A stretch of DNA of 64,000 nt from Candidatus Berkelbacteria bacterium (GTDB lineage Bacteria; Patescibacteriota; UBA1384; DTJR01). The translations under genes were made by a program, and so were the position numbers. Location: the NCBI GenBank assembly GCA_029865605.1, contig JAOUGE010000004.1:2562-66561 (forward strand), read 5' to 3'. Under the pieces are notes generated by a model that saw only the letters and a list, made by a program, of their open reading frames with translations, had not been told where the DNA came from and ran no database searches. Below, piece after piece: positions 1 to 8,111 of this stretch (position 1 is its first letter; each line of letters begins with the position of its first letter).

Positions 1-115
1 TGTTTCCGTCTTTTTCCCCTACATTAGGCGCACCAAAAGCACTGTCTCAAAAGTCTTATCTCCCCCGATCTGGTTTCTCCACGCCCTTTTAATATTTATT
101 TTTCTCTGTACTATT

Positions 116-709
116 TTGCCCCAATTTACTCTTTCGGCAAAAGTTATCGACTCTGTTGACAAATCTCTCATTTTTTCACTAACAGATAGAATTGGACCGA
201 TAAACCGGCTTAAGACATCTAACTTGCAATCTCTTAACCACGCTTTGGCTAAAGCAGTGGTTGTTTCGCAGACTAATACTGAATCAATAAATCTTAACTC
301 GGGCTATAACATCTCCGAGATAAAGCTTTCCAAAAAAGAAGGAGAAGTGATTTATACCCTAATAAATCAAGAGAGAGTAAAGGTCGGTATGAGCTATCTT
401 GAAGAGGATCAAAATCTTGAGCTTTTAGCAGCAAATTACGCTGTTGAAATTGCCCGCAACAGACGCCTTTCTCACGTTGGGTTAAATGGTCTGACTCCCG
501 AGGGCCGCGCCAGAGCTCTGGGAGTAAAGTTTGATTATCTTGGCGAGAATCTGGCTGTGGCGCCTGAAACGGAGATTGCCCATGAGAAACTGTTTCAATC
601 CCCCTCCCACCATAAAAATATCGTTTCGCCGGTTTTTCGGAGAATGGGGGTGGCCGTTTTGGATTTAGGTAGAGCTGGAAAAATTGTTGTTCAAGAGTTT
701 GCTAACTAA
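116..709 (+). CDS. CAP/SCP (YkwD-like) domain protein
   Basis: 197-aa ORF; C-terminal half fits the CAP/YkwD pattern (LAANYAVEIARNRRLSHVGLNG...YLGENLAV...SPSHHKNI). Confidence 0.5.
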   Translation: MPQFTLSAKVIDSVDKSLIFSLTDRIGPINRLKTSNLQSLNHALAKAVVVSQTNTESINLNSGYNISEIKLSKKEGEVIYTLINQERVKVGMSYLEEDQNLELLAANYAVEIARNRRLSHVGLNGLTPEGRARALGVKFDYLGENLAVAPETEIAHEKLFQSPSHHKNIVSPVFRRMGVAVLDLGRAGKIVVQEFAN

Positions 710-1531
710 TTGGAGGCTAATGACATGATACTGGAAGGCAGAGAGCTTGCCTCAAGAATAATAAAAGAATTGGGGGCAGCGCCGCCGCCGCGCAATTGTC
801 TTGCGGTTATTCAGGTCGGAAACGATCCCGTGAGTACTCTTTATGTGGCCAAAAAAAAAGAGATCGCCGATGAGTTGGGCGTTTGCCTTAAACTAGCCAA
901 GCTGCCGGCGACGGCTACTGAAGACAATATCTTGGCTGAAGTTCTCAGCTTGAACGATGATAGCTCGGTTGGCGGTATCCTTGTCCAGATGCCCTTACCC
1001 CAAGCCGCTGATCGAAACAAAATCGTCTCTGCAATTGAGCCAAAAAAAGATCCAGATGGCTTTCATTGCCTTTTGAAAAGTGAGAAATTCCACTGCATTC
1101 CCCCGACGGTTCTGGCAATAGACGAGATCTTGGATTTCTATCAGATAGAAAAGCGCAACAAGAATATCTTGGTTGTTGGGGGCGGTTTTTTGGTCGGGCG
1201 ACCTCTGTTCGAGTTCTGGAAGGAAAAAGGTTTCCAAGTTAGTATATTAGAGAAAGACGCAAGTAATTACTCGGAGGAGCTTAAAAGAGCCCAAATAGCG
1301 GTGGTTTCGACTGGCGGCGGCGGTAGGTTTAGTTTTCAAGACTTTTCAGCTGGCGCTGTGGTGATAGACGCTTCAACTGTCTCTGACGACGGTAAGTTAA
1401 GGGGGGATGTCGAAGTCGAGGGTTGGCCCGATGATCGCCATCTTTGTCCCGTTCCCGGCGGGATTGGGCCGGTGACAGTGGCGATGTTGTTTAAGAATTT
1501 TTACGATCTTCAAAATACGCTCACCACTTGA
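710..1531 (+). CDS. folD: bifunctional methylenetetrahydrofolate dehydrogenase/cyclohydrolase
   Basis: Full-length match to FolD conserved blocks (AVIQVGNDPVSTLYV, GGILVQMPLP, KDPDGFH, PVPGGIGPVTVAMLF). Confidence 0.85.
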   Translation: MEANDMILEGRELASRIIKELGAAPPPRNCLAVIQVGNDPVSTLYVAKKKEIADELGVCLKLAKLPATATEDNILAEVLSLNDDSSVGGILVQMPLPQAADRNKIVSAIEPKKDPDGFHCLLKSEKFHCIPPTVLAIDEILDFYQIEKRNKNILVVGGGFLVGRPLFEFWKEKGFQVSILEKDASNYSEELKRAQIAVVSTGGGGRFSFQDFSAGAVVIDASTVSDDGKLRGDVEVEGWPDDRHLCPVPGGIGPVTVAMLFKNFYDLQNTLTT

Positions 1532-1672
1532 CACAAAGACACGCGGTTCTTTTCCCAGCGGAAAAGCCCGCTCTTGAGAGAATTCTCGCGTTCCACCCGC
1601 TCGAAGCGGCTCGCTCGTCCCGACAAAGTGTCGGGACACCGGCTCGCTTCGCCTGCGAATGGTCTTTGTTAC
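1522..1672. repeat. dispersed ~150-nt intergenic repeat, copy 1 (candidate structured RNA / MITE-like)
   Basis: Near-identical to 30226-30384. Contains the GAGAATTCTC palindrome and hairpin GTCCCGACA-aag-TGTCGGGAC (1617-1637). Begins with CTTGACAC overlapping the folD stop codon. Confidence 0.6.
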
Positions 1673-1735
1673 CAAGTGGTTCGCTCGAAAAGATACGCTT
1701 TCCATTTTTCCTGATTTCGTTTAAGATATCTTTGT

Positions 1736-2923
1736 ATGAAAAGCGCAAAATTCGCAAAAACTGTATTTGTTTTGTCACTTGCAGTAGTCGTTCTAGCTTC
1801 GGGGACGATCGGTTATTTTTTGGGTAATGGCAGAATTAATTTAAAAGCCGATCTCTCTCAAAGAAGCGGTGACCTGACCGACTCCGACCTGAAGCTTTTT
1901 TGGGAAGCATATAACAAACTCAAAGAATCATATCTGGGCTCGATCGATCCCCAAAAATATCTTTATGGAGCAATCGGAGGCGGTTACAGCTCGGTTGGCG
2001 ACCCCTACACTGTTTTCCTCCCGCCTGAATTGTCGGAGGAATTTGTTAAAGAATTGTCTGGCGATCTGGAGGGGATAGGAATAAAAATCGGGATGCTTGA
2101 TGGTATGCCGGCGGTGATTGCTCCGCTTGATGATTCCCCGGCGCAAAAAGCCGGACTGAAACCGAAAGACAAAATACTTAAAGTTGATGATACTGAAACT
2201 GCGGGCGTCACTTTAGACGAGGTGGTCTCAAAAATCAGGGGTAAGGCCGGAACGAGAGTCAAGATAGTGGTGATGCGCGACGGCGAAGGGGAGACTCGTA
2301 GTTTCGAAATCGAACGGGCGAAAATTGATGTTAAAACCGTTGAGCTTGGGTATAAGGGCGATGTCGCGATTATTACTCTTAATGAGTTCGGGTTTGAAAC
2401 AAAAGATGAATTTCTCAAAGCGGTCCAGCAAGTTTCCGATAAAAATATCTCGAAAGTCATCCTTGATTTAAGAAATAATCCCGGAGGACTCCTAGACGGC
2501 GCGGTTGATATCTCGGGGGAGATTTTTTCGCGGGATACATTGGTTGTTATTGAGGAGGGCAAGGGCGAGAAGCGCGAGCTAAAAACTAGCGGTAATGAGA
2601 CCTTAAAGCAGGTTAAGCTGGCCGTTTTAATTAATGGGGGGACTGCCTCGTCGGCCGAGATTGTCGCTGGCGCCGTCCGCGATCATGGGCGGGGCAAAGT
2701 CATCGGTCAAAAAACCTTTGGCAAGGGTACGGTCCAGCAATATGAGGGGTTAACCGGCGGCTCTGCGGCGCGAATCACTGTTGCAAAATGGCTGACCCCA
2801 AAGGGCATAAATATCGACAAGAACGGTATCGTTCCCGACATTGAAGTGCCAGAAGCCCAAAATGCTCTTTTTTCCGATAATGACCCTCTGATTAATCGGG
2901 CGATTGAGGAACTATCAAAATAA
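1736..2923 (+). CDS. C-terminal processing peptidase (S41 family) with PDZ domain
   Basis: N-terminal TM segment, PDZ-like segment, S41 motifs (NNPGGLLD, LINGGTASSAEI, TFGKGTVQ). Confidence 0.8.
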   Translation: MKSAKFAKTVFVLSLAVVVLASGTIGYFLGNGRINLKADLSQRSGDLTDSDLKLFWEAYNKLKESYLGSIDPQKYLYGAIGGGYSSVGDPYTVFLPPELSEEFVKELSGDLEGIGIKIGMLDGMPAVIAPLDDSPAQKAGLKPKDKILKVDDTETAGVTLDEVVSKIRGKAGTRVKIVVMRDGEGETRSFEIERAKIDVKTVELGYKGDVAIITLNEFGFETKDEFLKAVQQVSDKNISKVILDLRNNPGGLLDGAVDISGEIFSRDTLVVIEEGKGEKRELKTSGNETLKQVKLAVLINGGTASSAEIVAGAVRDHGRGKVIGQKTFGKGTVQQYEGLTGGSAARITVAKWLTPKGINIDKNGIVPDIEVPEAQNALFSDNDPLINRAIEELSK

Positions 2924-3004
2924 TTTGGGCGTTAGCTGAAGGTTTTTATCCCTGTTCGCTTGACAATAATCTTTTTGCTATAATTTAAATAGAAGGAGGG
3001 AATA

Positions 3005-4114
3005 ATGCCCGATGTTTTAGGTAATCAACAAACAAATCAACAGGATCCGTCTAGTCTCGACTCAAGCCAAGGTAAATCGCCGCTTGAGGAAGACGCTCTG
3101 AATTCTCCGCCAAGTCCTCCGCCTCCGCCCTCTCCTTCAGGACCGGAACCTCCTCCTCCACCTCCAGCTGAGCCAACACCGCCGGCAGCGCCGCCGAGTG
3201 AAACTCCGAGCAATCCAAACGGCTCCGTACCCGATACGGAAGAATTTTTAAAAAGTATTTTAGAGGAGAGTCCTCCCGCTCCTGCTTCGCCTGAAGCTCC
3301 CGCGCCCGGAGCGCCGCCGCCTGCACCACCTCCACCTCCTCCGTCACCAACTGCGCCGCCAGCGGCGGAGGCTGAAGCTCCGCCCCCACCCCAGACAGGC
3401 GAGCCGAAAATAAAAGATAGTGTAAGCGGTTGGGACGATATTATGGCTCCTCCGGAGTCGGCTCAAGTTGGCCAAGCACCCCCACCGAGCGGAGGGGTAA
3501 GCCAAGATGTGGTTGGGGCAATGTCGAGTCAGCCGCAAGGCGGCAAGGGGCCCCTTAAGTTAATAATTCTGATCGTTGTCGTTGTTGCTATAGCGATTGG
3601 CGGCTATTTTGCCTATACTACTTTCTTCTCAACGTCTTCGCAGCAGCCAACAGAAGAATCTCTCACAACAGCTCCATCTCCTGTGGCTATTCAGACCGGT
3701 GACGAGGTTAGGAAAAGTGATTTGGCGAATCTGCAGGAAGCCCTTAAGAATTATTATGCCGGTTCTGGGAGCTATCCGCTGGCTGAGAAGCTGATTCTTT
3801 TAGGCAGTGAGGACAATGCCTTGACAACGGCGTTGGTACCAACATATATTGAAAAAATCCCACTCGATCCTGATTATCCCTCCAAGCAGTACGGTTATAT
3901 CTCTGACGGTAAGACATTTACCCTTTCAGCGATTATGGACTCAAGTGACGATCCCGCGGTAGTTTCAGAGGGCGGCTTGTATCTTTACAAAGTAACCCCG
4001 ACTACGCTAGTCTCTACTCAAGGAGAAGCAACTGCAGTTTCATCTTCGCCGACATCCGGGGAATTAGAATTCGAGACGGAGTCGGAGCTTGAGTCAGAAG
4101 GCTTGAATCTTTAA
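3005..4114 (+). CDS. proline-rich membrane-anchored protein with C-terminal T2SS GspG/pseudopilin-like domain
   Basis: RBS GGAGGG upstream. About 180 aa Pro/Ala-rich low-complexity, internal TM helix (LIILIVVVVAIAIGGYFAY), then DLANLQEALKNYYAGSGSYP...IEKIPLDPDYPSKQYGYISDGKTFTLSA resembling the GspG C-terminal domain. Confidence 0.5.
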   Translation: MPDVLGNQQTNQQDPSSLDSSQGKSPLEEDALNSPPSPPPPPSPSGPEPPPPPPAEPTPPAAPPSETPSNPNGSVPDTEEFLKSILEESPPAPASPEAPAPGAPPPAPPPPPPSPTAPPAAEAEAPPPPQTGEPKIKDSVSGWDDIMAPPESAQVGQAPPPSGGVSQDVVGAMSSQPQGGKGPLKLIILIVVVVAIAIGGYFAYTTFFSTSSQQPTEESLTTAPSPVAIQTGDEVRKSDLANLQEALKNYYAGSGSYPLAEKLILLGSEDNALTTALVPTYIEKIPLDPDYPSKQYGYISDGKTFTLSAIMDSSDDPAVVSEGGLYLYKVTPTTLVSTQGEATAVSSSPTSGELEFETESELESEGLNL

Positions 4115-4138
4115 AAAGAATTTAACTAAAGAGGTAAT

Positions 4139-4702
4139 ATGGCTATTGTCTATATTTTGCTAGGTATTGTCGGAGTAATTATTCTCTATATTATTGTTGT
4201 ATTTAATGGATTGGTGACGCTAAAGACCAGGTGCGAGGAGGCTTGGAGCGACATTGACGTTCAGCTCAAGCGCCGCTATGATCTTATTCCCAATCTCGTC
4301 AACACGGTTAAGGGCTATGCCAAACACGAAAAAGAGCTTTTTGAGAAAGTAACTGAAGCCCGCGCGAAAGCGATGGGGGCAAAAGATATCAAGGAGCAGG
4401 GCAAAGCGGAAAATATGCTGACCAATGCCTTAAAATCCGTTTTTGCCGTTGCTGAAAATTATCCTAACCTTAAGGCGAACGAGAACTTCTTGCATCTTCA
4501 GGGAGAGCTGACAGATACGGAAAACAAAATTGAGGCTTCAAGGCGGTTTTACAACGCTAATGTCAGGGATCTAAATATCAAGATTAAATCATTTCCGAGC
4601 AATGTGATCGCCAACACCTTCAAGTTTGAACCTAAGGTTTTGTTTGAAATCGCGGCTTCACAGGCCGAAGCTGCTAAGGAGCCGCCTAAAGTCGAGATGT
4701 AG
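4139..4702 (+). CDS. lemA: LemA family protein
   Basis: N-terminal TM plus LemA consensus (RRYDLIPNLV...AENYPNLKANENFLHLQGELTDTENKIEASRRFYN). Confidence 0.8.
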   Translation: MAIVYILLGIVGVIILYIIVVFNGLVTLKTRCEEAWSDIDVQLKRRYDLIPNLVNTVKGYAKHEKELFEKVTEARAKAMGAKDIKEQGKAENMLTNALKSVFAVAENYPNLKANENFLHLQGELTDTENKIEASRRFYNANVRDLNIKIKSFPSNVIANTFKFEPKVLFEIAASQAEAAKEPPKVEM

Positions 4703-4705
4703 GTT

Positions 4706-5179
4706 ATGAAGAGGATATTAATTATTATTGCCGCGATAGTAATTGTTGGGGGAGTAGCTTATTACGCCTATTCGCGGTATGCCGCTCAAAAGCGCTCCGA
4801 AGAACTAGCGGCAGAGTTTACCGAAACCGGCTTTAAGTTGGGCTCGGGCGCTGACGAGAAAGTTGTCGAGAAAATCAATGAACCCCTTAAGATTGACTAC
4901 GGAGTTAGTATTTACCCGGGCTCAAAAGCGTCGGAAACTCCCTCCGCCTATGTTGAAAACGCGGGAGTCCAATATACTATCGGGACCTTCAGCACCTCGG
5001 ATTCAGCCGATAAGGTGGTCGCTTACTATCAGAAACAATTCGGTTCCGATGCCCAGACTAACAAAGCGACTTTGGGGGACGTGGTCTATACCGTGATAAC
5101 AAAGAAAAACATCAACCGGCCGGTGGCGAGCGTTTACAGGGATGGCAAGCTCACCTCCTATATGCTAATTACTTACTAA
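4706..5179 (+). CDS. hypothetical membrane-anchored protein
   Basis: 157-aa ORF with N-terminal TM helix; no recognisable family. Confidence 0.4.
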   Translation: MKRILIIIAAIVIVGGVAYYAYSRYAAQKRSEELAAEFTETGFKLGSGADEKVVEKINEPLKIDYGVSIYPGSKASETPSAYVENAGVQYTIGTFSTSDSADKVVAYYQKQFGSDAQTNKATLGDVVYTVITKKNINRPVASVYRDGKLTSYMLITY

Positions 5180-5186
5180 ACTATGA

Positions 5187-6089
5187 ATGTATAAACAAAT
5201 CTCTTCAAACATACGCTTAACCTGGGGGCTAATGACCCTTTTTTTGATTTTTGTTATAGCTGTCGGCTGGGTTTTTGCCCGCGCTTATAGCGAGCCGATT
5301 ATTCTTGTTATCGCAGTCTTGGTCGCGGTCGCTCAGTCGCTTGTTTCCTATTATTATTCCGATAAAATCGCTCTTTTCACGACCGGCGCGAAGCAGCCGA
5401 AAAGATCGGATTTTTTGGAGCTCTTTAGGGTTGTCGAAAACCTATCCATTGCCTCCGGTTTGCCCCAACCTAAAATCTATGTCATTTCTGATCCGGCACC
5501 GAACGCCTTTGCCACTGGGCGCGACCCGAAAAATGCAACTTTAGCCGTGACGACAGGGCTTCTGCAACGCCTTAATAAGACCGAGCTCGAAGGGGTAATC
5601 TCTCACGAGATGTCTCATATCGGAAATTATGACATCCGGCTGATGACGGTTGTTGTTGTTTTAGTTGGTGTGATAGCGCTTTTGGCCGATTGGTTTTTGC
5701 GAATGCGCTTTTGGGGCTTTCGCGGCAATGATCGCGAAGGCGGCGGCGCGTATTTGGTTTTGATCGGTTTGATTCTGTCGATTTTGGCGCCGATTTCAGC
5801 GACTTTGATTCAGCTGGCAATTTCACGACGGCGCGAGTACTTGGCCGACGCAACCGGCGCTTTGATGACCCGCTATCCGGAAGGTCTGGCCAGCGCCCTT
5901 GAAAAAATAGCTTTGGAGAAGAGAGAAATGCGTCTTAAAAATCGCGCTACCGCTCATCTTTTTATTGCTGATCCTTATAAGTCCGATAAAAAATCTCAAA
6001 AGAGCGAGTCTTGGCTGGCGGTTGCCTTTTCTACGCATCCACCGATTGCCGAGCGCATCCGGCGTTTGCGGGAGATGATAGGACGCTAA
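5187..6089 (+). CDS. htpX: M48 zinc metalloprotease HtpX
   Basis: HEMSHIGNYD HExxH motif, four TM segments, typical HtpX length. Confidence 0.85.
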   Translation: MYKQISSNIRLTWGLMTLFLIFVIAVGWVFARAYSEPIILVIAVLVAVAQSLVSYYYSDKIALFTTGAKQPKRSDFLELFRVVENLSIASGLPQPKIYVISDPAPNAFATGRDPKNATLAVTTGLLQRLNKTELEGVISHEMSHIGNYDIRLMTVVVVLVGVIALLADWFLRMRFWGFRGNDREGGGAYLVLIGLILSILAPISATLIQLAISRRREYLADATGALMTRYPEGLASALEKIALEKREMRLKNRATAHLFIADPYKSDKKSQKSESWLAVAFSTHPPIAERIRRLREMIGR

Positions 6090-6116
6090 TTATTTATTTC
6101 TGGTTCTAAAATGGGT

Positions 6117-6147
6117 CGAGGCCGCCTATGGAAGGCGGCCTCGGAAT
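6117..6147 (+). terminator. GC-rich hairpin downstream of htpX
   Basis: GAGGCCGCC-tatggaa-GGCGGCCTC perfect 9-bp stem immediately after the htpX stop; no U-tract, so it could instead be an RNA structural element. Confidence 0.35.
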
Positions 6148-6348
6148 GGGTTCGTTGACGAGAGGCCCTCTGGCGACGCAATGTGCGGCTCGCGCCATGA
6201 AGTGGAAGCTAACGCGGCCGGGGCTATAGAACGTCTAGCCCGCCCGCCGCGAAACCTCATCATCAACGAACGATAAAATATACCACTTTTCCTTGAAATT
6301 GTCAATACCCTATGACACAATCAGATTAGGCTTGTTATCCTAAATAAT

Positions 6349-8070
6349 ATGATCAACAAAACCTGTCGACAGTGTAAAAAAGAATTCGCAGTCGAGGACG
6401 ACGACCTCTCATTTTACAAAAAAATCTCCCCCACTTTTGCCGGAAAGACCTTTGATATCCCCCCGCCAACCTCGTGTCCGGAGTGTCGTCAGATGCGTCG
6501 GCTTGCCTGGCGTAATGAAAGGTCGATTTATAAACGAAAATGCGATAAAACAGGCAGAGAAATCGTCAGCATTTTTTCTCCTGACAAAAAAGATTACACT
6601 GTTTACGATCAGCAGATCTGGTGGGGTGACACTTGGGACGCTATGGAATATGGACAGGACTTTGATCCCAACCAGCCGTTTTTTAAGCAATTAGGCCTGC
6701 TCAATAAAAAAGTACCTAAGCTCTCTTTAAATAATATAAACACGGTAAATAGCGAGTACGGCAATCACGTGATGGAGATAAAAAACTGCTATATGTCGGT
6801 AGTTACTTATTATGGCAGTGAGGACGTGCATTATTCTTACGGGGCATTCACTTGTAAAAACTCCATTGACTTATTCATCAGCGAGAAGTGTGAAAACAGC
6901 TATCGCCTTATATATTGTGACAACTGTTATAATTGCCGATATTCTCAACGGCTCAACAATTGCACTGATTGTTATTATTCTATTGATCTGACGGCGTGCT
7001 CGAATTGCCTTTTTTGCTCGAACTTAAAGCACAAGGAATACCACATTCACAACAAAAAATATTCTAAAGAAGATTACGAAAAAGAGCTGCAAAAATATGA
7101 TTTTGGTTCTTGGGAAAAATCAAAGCAATATTGGCAGGAGTTTGTTGAGTTAAAAAATAACTCGATCGTTAAGTTCGCTAACAATGTAAATTGCGATAAT
7201 TGTTCGGGCGATGATTTGACAAATTGCAAGGATGTGAAGTATTCCTTCAGCCAGAAGAGATCGGAACATTCAAAATACAGTTTGCGAGGGGTAAATGATA
7301 AATACTGCTATGACTATATGGGTGGGGACATAGAGTGGGGTTATGAGTTTTTGAGCTCGGGCTATGGCAGCTCTATTTTATTTTGCTATTTAGAAGAAAG
7401 GTCGGCAAACTTGGCTTATTGCATAAGCTGCTTTGGCTGCCGAGATTGCTTTGGGTGTGTGGGATTGAAGAATAAACAGTACTGCGTATTTAATAAAGAG
7501 TATTCAAAGGAAAGTTACGAAGCTTTTGTAGCAAAAATTATTGAGAGGATGATGGCGGATAAAGAGTGGGGAGAGTTTTATCCCTATCAAATGTCGCCGT
7601 TTGGTTTTAACGAGACGCTTGGCTATTCTTATTATCCAATCAAAAAAGAGGAAGCACTAAAGCTTGGCGCCAAGTGGCAGGACGATGATTTCGGTATTAA
7701 ATTTGATGGTAAATTCTATGAGCCGGAAGACGATATTGAAGAGTATAACAAGAGCCAAGAGAAGCGGGAAGAACTGTTGAATGGCGTATTGAAGTGCGAA
7801 GTTTCCGGCAAGCCGTTTAAAATAGTTCCGCAGGAACTTGCATTTTATATGGAACAAAAAGTCCCGATTCCGAGGAAACATTATGACATTAGATACAAAG
7901 AAAATTTTGCTCTTCAGAATCCCCGTAAACTCTGGCATCGCCAATGTGTGTGTGAAGAAAAAGGTCACGGTCACGAGGGAAGATGTAAAAACGAATTCGA
8001 GACAACATACGCTTCCGACAGACCGGAAAAGGTGTATTGCGAAAAGTGCTACCAGAAATCTGTTATTTAG
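6349..8070 (+). CDS. cysteine-rich paralog A1 (zinc-ribbon-like termini, tandem CxxC repeat core), function unknown
   Basis: 573 aa. N-terminus CxxC...CPxCR...RRLAWRNER..YKRKC; C-terminus ELAFY..PIPRKHYD...HRQCVCEE.GHGHEGRC..FETTYAxDRPEKVYCEKCYQKSVI; homologous to six other ORFs in the window. Confidence 0.8.
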   Translation: MINKTCRQCKKEFAVEDDDLSFYKKISPTFAGKTFDIPPPTSCPECRQMRRLAWRNERSIYKRKCDKTGREIVSIFSPDKKDYTVYDQQIWWGDTWDAMEYGQDFDPNQPFFKQLGLLNKKVPKLSLNNINTVNSEYGNHVMEIKNCYMSVVTYYGSEDVHYSYGAFTCKNSIDLFISEKCENSYRLIYCDNCYNCRYSQRLNNCTDCYYSIDLTACSNCLFCSNLKHKEYHIHNKKYSKEDYEKELQKYDFGSWEKSKQYWQEFVELKNNSIVKFANNVNCDNCSGDDLTNCKDVKYSFSQKRSEHSKYSLRGVNDKYCYDYMGGDIEWGYEFLSSGYGSSILFCYLEERSANLAYCISCFGCRDCFGCVGLKNKQYCVFNKEYSKESYEAFVAKIIERMMADKEWGEFYPYQMSPFGFNETLGYSYYPIKKEEALKLGAKWQDDDFGIKFDGKFYEPEDDIEEYNKSQEKREELLNGVLKCEVSGKPFKIVPQELAFYMEQKVPIPRKHYDIRYKENFALQNPRKLWHRQCVCEEKGHGHEGRCKNEFETTYASDRPEKVYCEKCYQKSVI

Positions 8071-8111
8071 TTTAGTCTGAATGAAATGAGGGATTACCAA
8101 AAGGCGGTCAT

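Noticed and set aside
1397-1827. ORFs 1397-1705 (-), 1521-1778 (-) and 1528-1827 (+) across the folD-ctp intergenic repeat
   Set aside because: They overlap the dispersed repeat element on both strands, show no RBS and have R/S/G-rich products. The repeat is better explained as a structured non-coding element.
3051-3389. 112-aa minus-strand ORF inside the proline-rich gene
   Set aside because: It is the antisense reading of GC-rich Pro/Ala codons (Ala/Gly/Leu-rich product), which is an artefact of local high GC.
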